Under the pieces are notes generated by a model that was given only the letters and a program-made list of their open reading frames with translations, had not been told where the DNA came from and did not search any database. From a virus (taxonomy: Duplodnaviria; Caudoviricetes): DNA of 53,552 nt. The stretch is from IMG/VR virus record IMGVR_UViG_3300046656_000217, positions 1-53,552 of that record. One strand, 5' to 3'. The position numbers and the translations under genes are program-made. Of this stretch, positions 17,876 through 26,108 are shown piece by piece (position 1 is the stretch's first letter; each line of letters begins with the position of its first letter).

Positions 17876-17963
17876 GCTCGGGCCGATCCTTGGAGGGGTG
17901 ACGTCAGACCCCATCCCCCGGGGCGCCGCTTGTTGCGGCGGGAATCGGACCATCGGCCCGAGC
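17876..17963 (+). ncRNA. Candidate small structured RNA with a segment antisense to the early-gene leader
   Basis: Perfect 12-bp closing stem (17876-17887/17952-17963), two inner hairpins, CGTCAGACCC at 17902-17911. Confidence 0.5.
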
Positions 17964-17993
17964 CTCTTTAACCTCCACCCTCTTAGGTGATGA

Positions 17994-18224
17994 ATGAACG
18001 CGAATTACACTGGTGAACACGGCAACAGGACTAAGCCGCGGATCACTAATGATCTGTTCGATTACCTCCAAAAGTGGAAGGGTTGGGTCGGCGCGGATGC
18101 CGTCAGCCGGGCGAAGTTCGACCGGGACGTATCGGACCAATTCGGGCTATCCCTGTCCGATGCGTCCGCTGCCGTGGCTGAAGTGTTCGGGGCGAACTAC
18201 GCGAGCCCGACGGTGGAAGGATGA
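17994..18224 (+). CDS. Hypothetical protein
   Basis: ORF with AGGTG SD, coupled to next gene. Confidence 0.5.
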   Translation: MNANYTGEHGNRTKPRITNDLFDYLQKWKGWVGADAVSRAKFDRDVSDQFGLSLSDASAAVAEVFGANYASPTVEG

Positions 18225-18457
18225 CCAAAGCGGAATTCGTGCGGGCTGCGATCCCGCAGCCTATCGCCCTGGGTGGTATGCCGCTGTCCGCCGACCCCCG
18301 GCTCTTCCCGGCCGGGTCGTGCGGCTGGCGGTGGAACGGCTCTCTGTACGTCAAGGTCGGCGGCGACTGGCTGTCCGTCCTGGCTGCCGTCCAGATGACC
18401 GTCATCGGGTCGAGAAAGTGGGAAGCTGACATTGCCGCGATCAGGACGACCGCGTAG
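18221..18457 (+). CDS. Hypothetical protein
   Basis: ATGA coupling. Confidence 0.55.
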   Translation: MTKAEFVRAAIPQPIALGGMPLSADPRLFPAGSCGWRWNGSLYVKVGGDWLSVLAAVQMTVIGSRKWEADIAAIRTTA

Positions 18458-18486
18458 ATTCGATTCCGACGCATGGAGGTTAGCGT

Positions 18487-18684
18487 ATGCTAGTTCTCAG
18501 CATGTCTGAACATTCCGGCGGCGACGACGACATCATCCTAAGAGATGCGGCGACCGGCCGGATTATCTGTGAAATTACACTCGTCGAGGTGCGCGGGAGC
18601 AAAGCCCGGTTGGGCTATGCCGCGCCCGACGACGTCGAACTCAACCGGCGGGCAATCGATCAAAAGAAGCACCCCGCCGGGTGA
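18487..18684 (+). CDS. csrA: CsrA/RsmA-like RNA-binding translational regulator
   Basis: 'MLVLS...ITLVEVRGSKARLGYAAPDDVELNRR' aligns by eye with CsrA (MLVLSR...ITVVEIRGDKVRLGIDAP..V.VHR); GGAGG SD. Confidence 0.75.
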   Translation: MLVLSMSEHSGGDDDIILRDAATGRIICEITLVEVRGSKARLGYAAPDDVELNRRAIDQKKHPAG

Positions 18685-18714
18685 CCTGTCCTTTCTTTCT
18701 CTCTGAGGATTCCC

Positions 18715-19851
18715 ATGACGACCGACGCGCCCGATGGGGTGGAAGCCCCGTCAATCCACATGCCGGTGGTGAAGTACAGCCCGGACGACGCGGCGATTGC
18801 CGTGCTCCGGAAAGAGTGTGCCGAGTTGTTGGCCGATCCCGCTGCGGCGGTGGCCACGGACGAAGGGTACGAGCGGGTAAGGTCGGCCCTACAGATCACC
18901 CGGAAGTGGCGGGGTGAGATCGAGCGGAACCGGGTGAGCCTGAAGGCCGACGCCTTGGAGTTCGGCCGGCTGGTTGACCTGCGGGCGAAAGAGGCGCTGG
19001 CCAAGGTGACCTCGATTGAAGACCCGCTGAAGGCGGCGAAGGATGCCAAGGACGACGAGAAGAAGAAGGCCAAGGAAGCCGCGGAGAAAGCCGAGCGGGA
19101 AGCCCTGGAAGCCGCGGAGCGGGCCAAGGTCGAGGCCGAAGTTGCACGGCTGAAGGCGATTCGGGACGCGGAGCAAGCCAAGCTGGACGCGGACCGGGCG
19201 GCGCTGGCCGCGGAACGGGCGGCGATGTTGGCCGAACAGAAGGCCGCGGACGACCGGCGGCGGGCCGAACAGGATGCCGCGGACGCCAGGCGGAAGGCCG
19301 AACAGGACGAGCGCGATCGCGCTGCCGCGATTGAGGCGGCGAGAGTTGCGGCAGTTAACGCGGAAGCCGCCCGCATCCTGAAGGAATCCTCGGACAAGCT
19401 GGAAGCGGAGCGGGCCGCGCTGAAGGCCGAAGCCGATCGCCAGGCGAAGGCCGAAGCCGATCGACTGGAAGCGATCCGGGCGGCGAAGGAGAAGGAAGAC
19501 CGGGCCGAGTTCGAGCGACAGACGAAGGAACGGCTGGCCAAGGAAGCGGAGATGACGGCCGCGCGGCTGGCCAAGGAAGCGGCCGACAAGGCTGAGGCCG
19601 AGCGTCTGAGGGCCGAAGCCGCTGCTAAAGCCAAGGCGGAAGCCGATATGAGGGAACAAGCCCGGTTGCTGGCCGCTGCACCGGACGTCGAGAAGCTGAA
19701 CAAGTTCGGCGAGATGTTGTTGGAGTTCCTGGACGACAACAAGCCGAAGCTGAAGACGGCCGACGCGAAGGGGATCTTCGAAGTTCAGTTCAAGATCATC
19801 ACCGATTCCGCTATCGCCTTCCAGAATTACCGGGTCGAGAAGAAGAAGTAA
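18715..19851 (+). CDS. Long coiled-coil protein (Ala/Glu/Lys/Arg-rich)
   Basis: Charged helical repeats; position before ERF typical of recombination modules. Confidence 0.7.
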   Translation: MTTDAPDGVEAPSIHMPVVKYSPDDAAIAVLRKECAELLADPAAAVATDEGYERVRSALQITRKWRGEIERNRVSLKADALEFGRLVDLRAKEALAKVTSIEDPLKAAKDAKDDEKKKAKEAAEKAEREALEAAERAKVEAEVARLKAIRDAEQAKLDADRAALAAERAAMLAEQKAADDRRRAEQDAADARRKAEQDERDRAAAIEAARVAAVNAEAARILKESSDKLEAERAALKAEADRQAKAEADRLEAIRAAKEKEDRAEFERQTKERLAKEAEMTAARLAKEAADKAEAERLRAEAAAKAKAEADMREQARLLAAAPDVEKLNKFGEMLLEFLDDNKPKLKTADAKGIFEVQFKIITDSAIAFQNYRVEKKK

Positions 19852-19880
19852 CCTTCCATCTCCAACTCAAGAGGACTGCG

Positions 19881-20099
19881 ATGAGCAAGCACAACAGGGA
19901 ACGCCGGAAGGCCGGGGTCGAGCGGGCCAAGCTGATCGCGGCCGGCAAGATCAAGCCGACGCCTCGGGTGCGGGACACCCGGAAGGTGATCTACAAGGAC
20001 ACCGAAGCCGGTCCGTCCCGCCACCGGGAAACGAAGCACAACCCGCCGTGGTGGATCACGCCGAAGGAACCGTTGACCGCTACTGTTTCATCTCTCTAA
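19881..20099 (+). CDS. Small basic hypothetical protein
   Basis: GAGG SD; fills gap in operon. Confidence 0.5.
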   Translation: MSKHNRERRKAGVERAKLIAAGKIKPTPRVRDTRKVIYKDTEAGPSRHRETKHNPPWWITPKEPLTATVSSL

Positions 20100-20111
20100 C
20101 AGGGGCTCACC

Positions 20112-20837
20112 GTGGTAGAAGAAAGCGCACTGGCCACCTTCAACCCGCAGCCTTTGTTGGCTGCGGCGATCGAGGGGAAGGCGACGCCCGAGACGTTGGC
20201 CAAGCTGACCGACTTGATGGAACGCTGGATGAAGATGCTGGCCGAGAAGCAGTTCAACGAAGCGATGAACCGGGCACAGATCAACGCCCCGACCGTCGTC
20301 CGGGATCTGAAGAACAGCGAGACGGGTAAGGGGTACGCTCCGGTCGAGACGGTCCAGACCTACATGAAGCCGGTGTATACCGTCGAGGGGTTCGCCCTGT
20401 CGTTCGGCACCGACGTCGGCTCGGGTGAAGGACTGACGCACGTCTGGATGGACACCCGGCACGTCGGGGGTCACACCGCCCGTACCTGGCTGCACAACGT
20501 CCCTCTCGACGTGGCCGGTCCCAAGGGCGGCAAGACGAAGAGCGACATTCAGGGGCTCATGTCCAGTATCAGCTACGCCCAAGGCCGGCTGATCCGCATG
20601 GCGTTCAACGTCACGGTGGCCGACGAAGATCGCGACGGGCAGATGGACGTCATCTCCGATGAACAGGTCGAGGAGATCGAAGGCTGGTTCACCAAATGCG
20701 AAGAGGCCGGCAAACCGGTCAGTCAAGCTAGGATGCTGCACTGGCTGCGGGTCGATTCGTGGGACCGGCTGCCGCTCAAGAAGTACCCGCTCTGCATTGA
20801 CGAACTCACCCGCAAGTTCAACGAGAAGAAACAATGA
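20112..20837 (+). CDS. ERF-family single-strand annealing protein
   Basis: 'YAPVETV...GFALSF...HVGGH...IQGLMSSISYAQGR' resembles ERF signature; adjacent to YqaJ. Confidence 0.75.
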   Translation: MVEESALATFNPQPLLAAAIEGKATPETLAKLTDLMERWMKMLAEKQFNEAMNRAQINAPTVVRDLKNSETGKGYAPVETVQTYMKPVYTVEGFALSFGTDVGSGEGLTHVWMDTRHVGGHTARTWLHNVPLDVAGPKGGKTKSDIQGLMSSISYAQGRLIRMAFNVTVADEDRDGQMDVISDEQVEEIEGWFTKCEEAGKPVSQARMLHWLRVDSWDRLPLKKYPLCIDELTRKFNEKKQ

Positions 20838-21457
20838 GACACATCCCCTGTGAACAAGGGTCTCAGGAATGGTACCTGGCCCGCCGGGGGATCCCCACGG
20901 CGAGCCGGTTCGGGGAGATCCTGACCCAGAAGACGTTGCGGCTCTCCGAGTCGTGCGAGGGTTACATCGACGAGTTGATCGGCGAGCGACTGGCGACGAT
21001 GCTGCCGGAAGGGGTCGAGAACTACACGTCCCGGGCGATGCAATGGGGACAGGCCACGGAAGAGGACGCCCGCCGCTACTTCAGCCTTCAGACCAACTAC
21101 GACGTGAAGAAGTGCGGATTCCTCATCACCGACGACAACAAGTTCGGGGCGAGCCCGGACGGATTGGTGTACGACGGCGAGACCCTGATCGGTGGGCTCG
21201 AACTGAAGTGTCCCCAGCCGAAGGCCCACATGGGGTACGTGCGGAAGAAGGTTCTGCCGGACGATCACCGGGCCCAGGTTCACGGCGGGATGTTCGTGTC
21301 GATGCTGCCTCGGTGGTGGTTCCTGTCCTACTGTCCGGGCTGCCCGCCCCTGTTGAGATCCGTGGTCCCCGACTCGTATACCCGGATGCTCGGGGAAGCG
21401 TTGTTCGAGTTCGACAAGCGGCTTCAAGACGCAATCGCCGCACTCCGCGACGGTTGA
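20834..21457 (+). CDS. YqaJ/lambda-exonuclease-family protein
   Basis: 'QGSQEWYLARRGIPTAS', 'MQWG...E', 'GASPDGL', 'ELKCP' motifs. Confidence 0.9.
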   Translation: MRHIPCEQGSQEWYLARRGIPTASRFGEILTQKTLRLSESCEGYIDELIGERLATMLPEGVENYTSRAMQWGQATEEDARRYFSLQTNYDVKKCGFLITDDNKFGASPDGLVYDGETLIGGLELKCPQPKAHMGYVRKKVLPDDHRAQVHGGMFVSMLPRWWFLSYCPGCPPLLRSVVPDSYTRMLGEALFEFDKRLQDAIAALRDG

Positions 21458-21480
21458 TTTAACCCTTTCAGGATGCGCCA

Positions 21481-21789
21481 ATGGCTAAGGCCAAACCGAA
21501 GAAGAAGAACGGTCTCACCGCGAAGGAGAAGGAGCAACCGCCCATCCCAGGGGCGGAACAAGACGACAAGATTCAGGCGATCCACACCGCGGCGGTCGCG
21601 TACAAGCAGACCCAGCAAGAATTCAGCGAAGCCGGCGGGGAGTTGAGTGAGGCTAAGATCCGGCTGATCGAGATCATGAAGCAGCACGACAAGACCCACT
21701 ACCAGCACGGCAACGTCGAGGTCGATCTGAGGGCCGGCAAGGACCGGATCAAGGTGAAGATCCAGAACGCCGAGAAGGACGAGAAGTAA
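21481..21789 (+). CDS. Hypothetical protein
   Basis: 102 aa ORF in operon. Confidence 0.6.
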   Translation: MAKAKPKKKNGLTAKEKEQPPIPGAEQDDKIQAIHTAAVAYKQTQQEFSEAGGELSEAKIRLIEIMKQHDKTHYQHGNVEVDLRAGKDRIKVKIQNAEKDEK

Positions 21790-21790
21790 T

Positions 21791-21828
21791 CCCCTCCCCC
21801 TATCCCCTCTCCCCCTCGGGGAGAGGGG
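21791..21828. repeat. REP/BoxC-like palindromic element
   Basis: Pyrimidine tail plus CCCCTCTCCCC-CTC-GGGGAGAGGGG 11-bp stem. Confidence 0.5.
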
Positions 21829-21844
21829 CCAATCGAGGACCATC

Positions 21845-22141
21845 ATGAACGCCGATGGGATTGGGGATACGTTCGCCGGCCAGCGAATCGACAAGGCCCG
21901 TCTGTCCGCGAAGCGTCGGGCAATCGCCGTTGCGATCTTGGAGCGGGAAAAGATCTGTTTCGAGTCTTGTGCCAATGGCAAAAGACTGTTCGTTCTCTAC
22001 TCGATAGACTTTTGGCCCGGGTCCGAATTGTGGGTCGACAGACACACAAAGCAACGCGGTCGTGGCGTCGCGTCTTTGATTCGCCACATTGACACAACCT
22101 GTCCGTCGGCACGACGGGCGTTGGAGGAATGTTGTGGCTAA
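21845..22141 (+). CDS. Hypothetical protein
   Basis: GAGG SD; overlaps ParB-like start. Confidence 0.45.
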   Translation: MNADGIGDTFAGQRIDKARLSAKRRAIAVAILEREKICFESCANGKRLFVLYSIDFWPGSELWVDRHTKQRGRGVASLIRHIDTTCPSARRALEECCG

Positions 22142-22919
22142 GCTCAAACAACTCAGGCCGAAGATCGATCCGGAGATCTGCGGGTTGCTCCCTCAACCCC
22201 ACGCGGAAGAGCGGGCGCAACTGAAGGCCGACATTGAGATGAACGGCTTGCTCGACGAAGGGATCGTCTGGAAGGAGAACGGCATCCTGTTGGACGGTCA
22301 CACCCGGTTCAAGATCTGCGAAGAGTTGGGCATTCCTTTCCGGTACCAGACTCTCTCGTTCCCGGACCGGCAAGAGGCGATCGATTGGGTCTACAACAAC
22401 CAACTCGCGCGGCGGAACGTGGCGAAAGACGAACGGGCAGTCTTGATAGCGAAGCGGGTGAAGATCCTCAAGGCTCAAGCCGAAGCGGAAAAAGCACTGG
22501 AAAAGCAGGGCGAAAGTTGCTCTCAAAGTGATAGCAAACCGGCCACCGTGCGGGAAATCGCGGAACGTGTAGCGGCCGAGAAGAAGGTGTCGACGGCCAC
22601 GGTTTACCGAGCCGTCGCCAAGGTCGATTCCAACTTCTGCGACCGGTGCGTGCGGACCGGGATGCCGGCGAAGAACTGTCCGAAGTGTGCCGAGAAGCGG
22701 GCCGCGAAGCCCAAGCCGAAGAAGAAGGCGCCCGACAAGGGAAGGGTGCTCATCGACTGGCCGAAGTTCAAGAAGGCATTCCCCGCGGTCGTCCAACTCT
22801 CCGACCACATGCACCGCCACTATCCGAAGGTGATGGAATCCGGTGAGCGGAAGGAGTACGAACGCCACATCGCCGCCATCACCGCCCTGTGGCAATCCTG
22901 GGAGAAGAAGATCAAATGA
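22134..22919 (+). CDS. ParB-like protein (ParB N-terminal domain plus HTH)
   Basis: GTG behind GGAGG; 'LLDGHTRFKIC', 'NQLARRN', HTH 'VREIAERVAAEKKVSTATVYR'. Confidence 0.8.
   Translation: MAKLKQLRPKIDPEICGLLPQPHAEERAQLKADIEMNGLLDEGIVWKENGILLDGHTRFKICEELGIPFRYQTLSFPDRQEAIDWVYNNQLARRNVAKDERAVLIAKRVKILKAQAEAEKALEKQGESCSQSDSKPATVREIAERVAAEKKVSTATVYRAVAKVDSNFCDRCVRTGMPAKNCPKCAEKRAAKPKPKKKAPDKGRVLIDWPKFKKAFPAVVQLSDHMHRHYPKVMESGERKEYERHIAAITALWQSWEKKIK
22517..22537. promoter_or_regulatory. Palindromic site 3, inside ParB-like gene just before the HTH codons
   Basis: TTGCTCTCA-AAG-TGATAGCAA, identical to site 1. Confidence 0.75.
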
Positions 22920-24466
22920 ACGACTGGCCCCACCAAACGAAAGCCGTCGCCGACGTCCTGGCCGCGATCGAGGCCAAGCATCGGCGGATCTGTGTGACGA
23001 GTCCGACGGGCGGCGGCAAGTCCCGGATCATGGGCTTGCTGGCCGAACACTTCCAAGATCAGGGTGTCGTTCTCTACACGAACCGCAAGCTACTGGTCAA
23101 CCAAACCTCGGGGGTGTTCTCCGGGTTTGACTTCGAACACGGGGTAAGGGCTGCTGGCCATGAAGAAAACAAGCACCACAAAGTCCAAGTCTCTTCGGTC
23201 CAGACCGAAGACGCCCGGGTCAACAAAGGGAAGACGTGGCAACTCCACGAAGCCAAGATCGTCCTTGTCGACGAAGCCCATCTCATCAAGGCCGATGTCG
23301 CCAAGGGGATCTTTGACAGTCACATTGAACGGGGTGCTACTATTGTCGGCTTCACCGCTACCCCGCTCGATCTCGAAGAACTCTACGATCACCTTATTGC
23401 CGCCGGGCGACCCTCCGAACTACGAGACTGTGGGGCCCTGGTCTCGGCGTCTCATTTCGGCCCCGACGAACCCGATCTCGCCGCCCTCAAGAAGCTCAAA
23501 AAGAAAATCCCCGCCGAAGGGGAAGAGTGGTCCGAGAACCAAGTCAAAGCCGCGATGATGAACCCCTCCCTGTTCGGTCGGGTGTGGGACTGGTTCGGCA
23601 AGCTGAATCCCGAGCGGAAGCCGTCCATCCTGTTCGCCCCCGGCACTCAGGAATCCCTCTGGTTCGCCGAGAAGTTCTTCCAGAACGGAGTCTCGGCCGC
23701 TCACCTGGCCGCGGGGCAAGTCTGGTTCAACGGCGAGTGGCTGCACGACCGCGGCAAGGGCGACGAGCAAGAGGCGAGACAGAAGGTGCTCGCCGTATCC
23801 AAGGCCGGGAAGTGTACCGTCCTCTGCAACCGGTTCCTCTTGCGGGAGGGGATCGACGCGCCTTGGCTCGAACACGGGATCTTCGCCACCATCTTCGGCA
23901 GCCTGCAACCCTACCTTCAGTCCGGTGGCCGTTTGCTGCGGTCGTCGTCTTCGACCGGAAAGACCGGGGCAACCATTCAGGACCACGGCGGGAACTGGTG
24001 GCGGCACGGCAGCCTCAACGCCGACCGTGAATGGGATCTGCACTACTCCGCGTCGATGGTCGCACAAATGCGGGCGGAACGGTTCCGGGAGAAGAAGGAG
24101 AAGGAACCCTGGCGGTGCCCGGGGTGCGGCCAGATCCGCACCGGGAAGACGTGCGAGTGCGGGTACGTCCTCGGCCCCAAGGCGAGCCGGCCGGTGGTGA
24201 CGATGGACGGCGACATGAAGGAGATGGTTGGGGACATTCATAGACCGCGCCGGGTGGATACGAGACTGGCCGGAGTGCAACTGTGGGAGAAGATGTACTT
24301 CCGGTCGCTCCGCGGGAAGGGGATCAAGTCGTTCGCTCAGGCTCGGGCTCTCTACGCCTACGAGAACAACTGGCTGTGGCCCGACAAACGGTGGCCGCTC
24401 ATGCCGATGTACGAAGAAGACTTCTACCGGCTGGTCCCCGACGTCCCTCGGGAGCGGTTGCGATGA
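22916..24466 (+). CDS. SF2 (DEAH) helicase with C-terminal zinc finger
   Basis: SPTGGGKS, DEAH, TATP, EGID, QSGGRLLR; CPGC...CEC. Confidence 0.9.
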   Translation: MNDWPHQTKAVADVLAAIEAKHRRICVTSPTGGGKSRIMGLLAEHFQDQGVVLYTNRKLLVNQTSGVFSGFDFEHGVRAAGHEENKHHKVQVSSVQTEDARVNKGKTWQLHEAKIVLVDEAHLIKADVAKGIFDSHIERGATIVGFTATPLDLEELYDHLIAAGRPSELRDCGALVSASHFGPDEPDLAALKKLKKKIPAEGEEWSENQVKAAMMNPSLFGRVWDWFGKLNPERKPSILFAPGTQESLWFAEKFFQNGVSAAHLAAGQVWFNGEWLHDRGKGDEQEARQKVLAVSKAGKCTVLCNRFLLREGIDAPWLEHGIFATIFGSLQPYLQSGGRLLRSSSSTGKTGATIQDHGGNWWRHGSLNADREWDLHYSASMVAQMRAERFREKKEKEPWRCPGCGQIRTGKTCECGYVLGPKASRPVVTMDGDMKEMVGDIHRPRRVDTRLAGVQLWEKMYFRSLRGKGIKSFAQARALYAYENNWLWPDKRWPLMPMYEEDFYRLVPDVPRERLR

Positions 24467-24768
24467 CCACCAAGCAGAAGGCCGAGTTCCTGAAGAACGA
24501 AGACGGCTGGTTGACCGGCACGTTCTGCCCGCATTGCGACGGGGACATGTTCGAGTTCGAACCCTACCGGAATCGCGCCCTGAAGAACCCGCTCATCTGC
24601 ATCGACTGCGGGAAGCGGATGGGACACGACGCACCGGTCGCCTGGCCCGGGACCACAATTACGGCGGTCGATTACGAGCGGGCGATCTGGCAGCACCAAC
24701 AGGACAACCGGGTCGTGCTCCTCGGCGACGTGGTGGATCAGGTACTCGATCGGCTGGGTGTCACATGA
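24463..24768 (+). CDS. Zinc-finger hypothetical protein
   Basis: CPHC...CIDC; ATGA coupling. Confidence 0.55.
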   Translation: MTTKQKAEFLKNEDGWLTGTFCPHCDGDMFEFEPYRNRALKNPLICIDCGKRMGHDAPVAWPGTTITAVDYERAIWQHQQDNRVVLLGDVVDQVLDRLGVT

Positions 24769-25100
24769 TGGGAAAGACCGTCTACCGTTTGCCACTAACC
24801 GCCGTCGTGCGGGAGTGCTGGGTCAACCCGGACAACAAGCGGATTTCTCAAATAGAGCCGAAGGTCGGTTGGATCCATGCGATCGCAATCGAGTCTATCT
24901 TTGTTGCGAGAGAACGCCGACAGGGACACGCCAAACGATTCATCGACGAACTGTGCCGGGATCTCCGGTTCGACATGGTAATCGTCGAGATGGTCCGAAA
25001 CCCGTACCTCATGGACGCACTTCACCGGTGGGGGTGGGAATGCGATCCGGGGGTGAGTGATTTCTTCAAGAGGACTGAACGTGGACAGACCGTCGTGTGA
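24765..25100 (+). CDS. GNAT-like acetyltransferase
   Basis: 'IESIFVARERRQGHAKRFIDEL' resembles GNAT motif A. Confidence 0.5.
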   Translation: MMGKTVYRLPLTAVVRECWVNPDNKRISQIEPKVGWIHAIAIESIFVARERRQGHAKRFIDELCRDLRFDMVIVEMVRNPYLMDALHRWGWECDPGVSDFFKRTERGQTVV

Positions 25101-25581
25101 CAACTGCCGATTCTGGGTGGGGGAAGATCCAGAAACCGACCATTCGCCTGCCAACGGAGAATGCCGCCGCCACTCACCCCGGATTGTGCTCGATCAAGTG
25201 CCGAATTATTTCAAGTGCATTACTCGGAAGGGAGGTTTCGTACCAGCCGAAGAAGATCGGGAAGAGGATGCCCGTAACGCGGTCTGGCCGCGGACCCTCT
25301 CGTACCATTGGTGCGGCGAGTATTTACGGATCAGAGATCCAAAGTGGGATTCCCCGCTCGACCTTTCACACACTTCCGTCCGCCTGAAGAAAGTCCTTCA
25401 CCGAATCACAAACGACGATTACGATCCGCGAAACATTGGGACGGCTGCTGAATTAGCAGACTTGTCGCGTAGCGAATTTATGCTGTATCGGGGTTCGGGG
25501 GCTACTACAGCCAAGGAAGCCGCTGACTTACTTCGGAGATACGGTCTGGCATTCAAAGGGGAAGTAGCTGATGCACAGTAA
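25081..25581 (+). CDS. Cys-rich N-terminal domain fused to RNA polymerase alpha-CTD-like domain
   Basis: 'LSHTSVRLKKVL...IGTAAELADLSRSEFMLYRGSGATTAKEAADLLRRYGLAF' parallels the alpha-CTD pattern. Confidence 0.6.
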   Translation: MDRPSCDNCRFWVGEDPETDHSPANGECRRHSPRIVLDQVPNYFKCITRKGGFVPAEEDREEDARNAVWPRTLSYHWCGEYLRIRDPKWDSPLDLSHTSVRLKKVLHRITNDDYDPRNIGTAAELADLSRSEFMLYRGSGATTAKEAADLLRRYGLAFKGEVADAQ

Positions 25582-26002
25582 AGCCAAAGGCCCGACGAAG
25601 GCCGAGCGTAAGCGGTGGGATCTCTTCCGCGAGATCGGCTGTGTCTACTGCCGGATCTTCCTCGGTCACCGCGGCATGGACGCCGACGTCGGCCACATAC
25701 TCGACGACGGGGCCCGCCGCGCCGGCCACGACGTCACGGTCCCGAGTTGCCCCTGGCACCACCGGGGCGTGTTGCCGGCCGGGTGTCCGGACGTGAAGAC
25801 GGCGGTCAAGGATCTCGGCCCGTCGCTCACCCACGGCACGGTACCGTTCCGGAAGCGGTTCGGGACGGACGACTACATTCTCCGATTGGTCAACCAACTT
25901 CTTCAACAGGTGCAAGATGAAGGTCGAGGAACTAGCCCGAGCGGTGAGGGAGATGCGAGACGCCCAAAAGCACTTCTACAGCCTCCCGAAAGAATCGCCT
26001 GA
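25571..26002 (+). CDS. Ref-like (recombination enhancement) HNH nuclease
   Basis: 'IGCVYC...GH...CPWHHRG...GPSL...FRKRFGT' typical of the P1 Ref-like family. Confidence 0.7.
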   Translation: MHSKAKGPTKAERKRWDLFREIGCVYCRIFLGHRGMDADVGHILDDGARRAGHDVTVPSCPWHHRGVLPAGCPDVKTAVKDLGPSLTHGTVPFRKRFGTDDYILRLVNQLLQQVQDEGRGTSPSGEGDARRPKALLQPPERIA

Positions 26003-26102
26003 GAAACAACCGGCCCTTCGGGAATCAAAGGGGCTGGAAGGTAAAGTCGATCGTATGCTCGACGACGTGCTCGGGTCCAGTCTCGCCGCCCTCTTCCACT
26101 AG
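25917..26102 (+). CDS. Small hypothetical protein
   Basis: 'VREMRDAQKHFY...SKGLEGKVD' resembles a small phage family. Confidence 0.5.
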   Translation: MKVEELARAVREMRDAQKHFYSLPKESPEKQPALRESKGLEGKVDRMLDDVLGSSLAALFH

Positions 26103-26108
26103 GACGCC

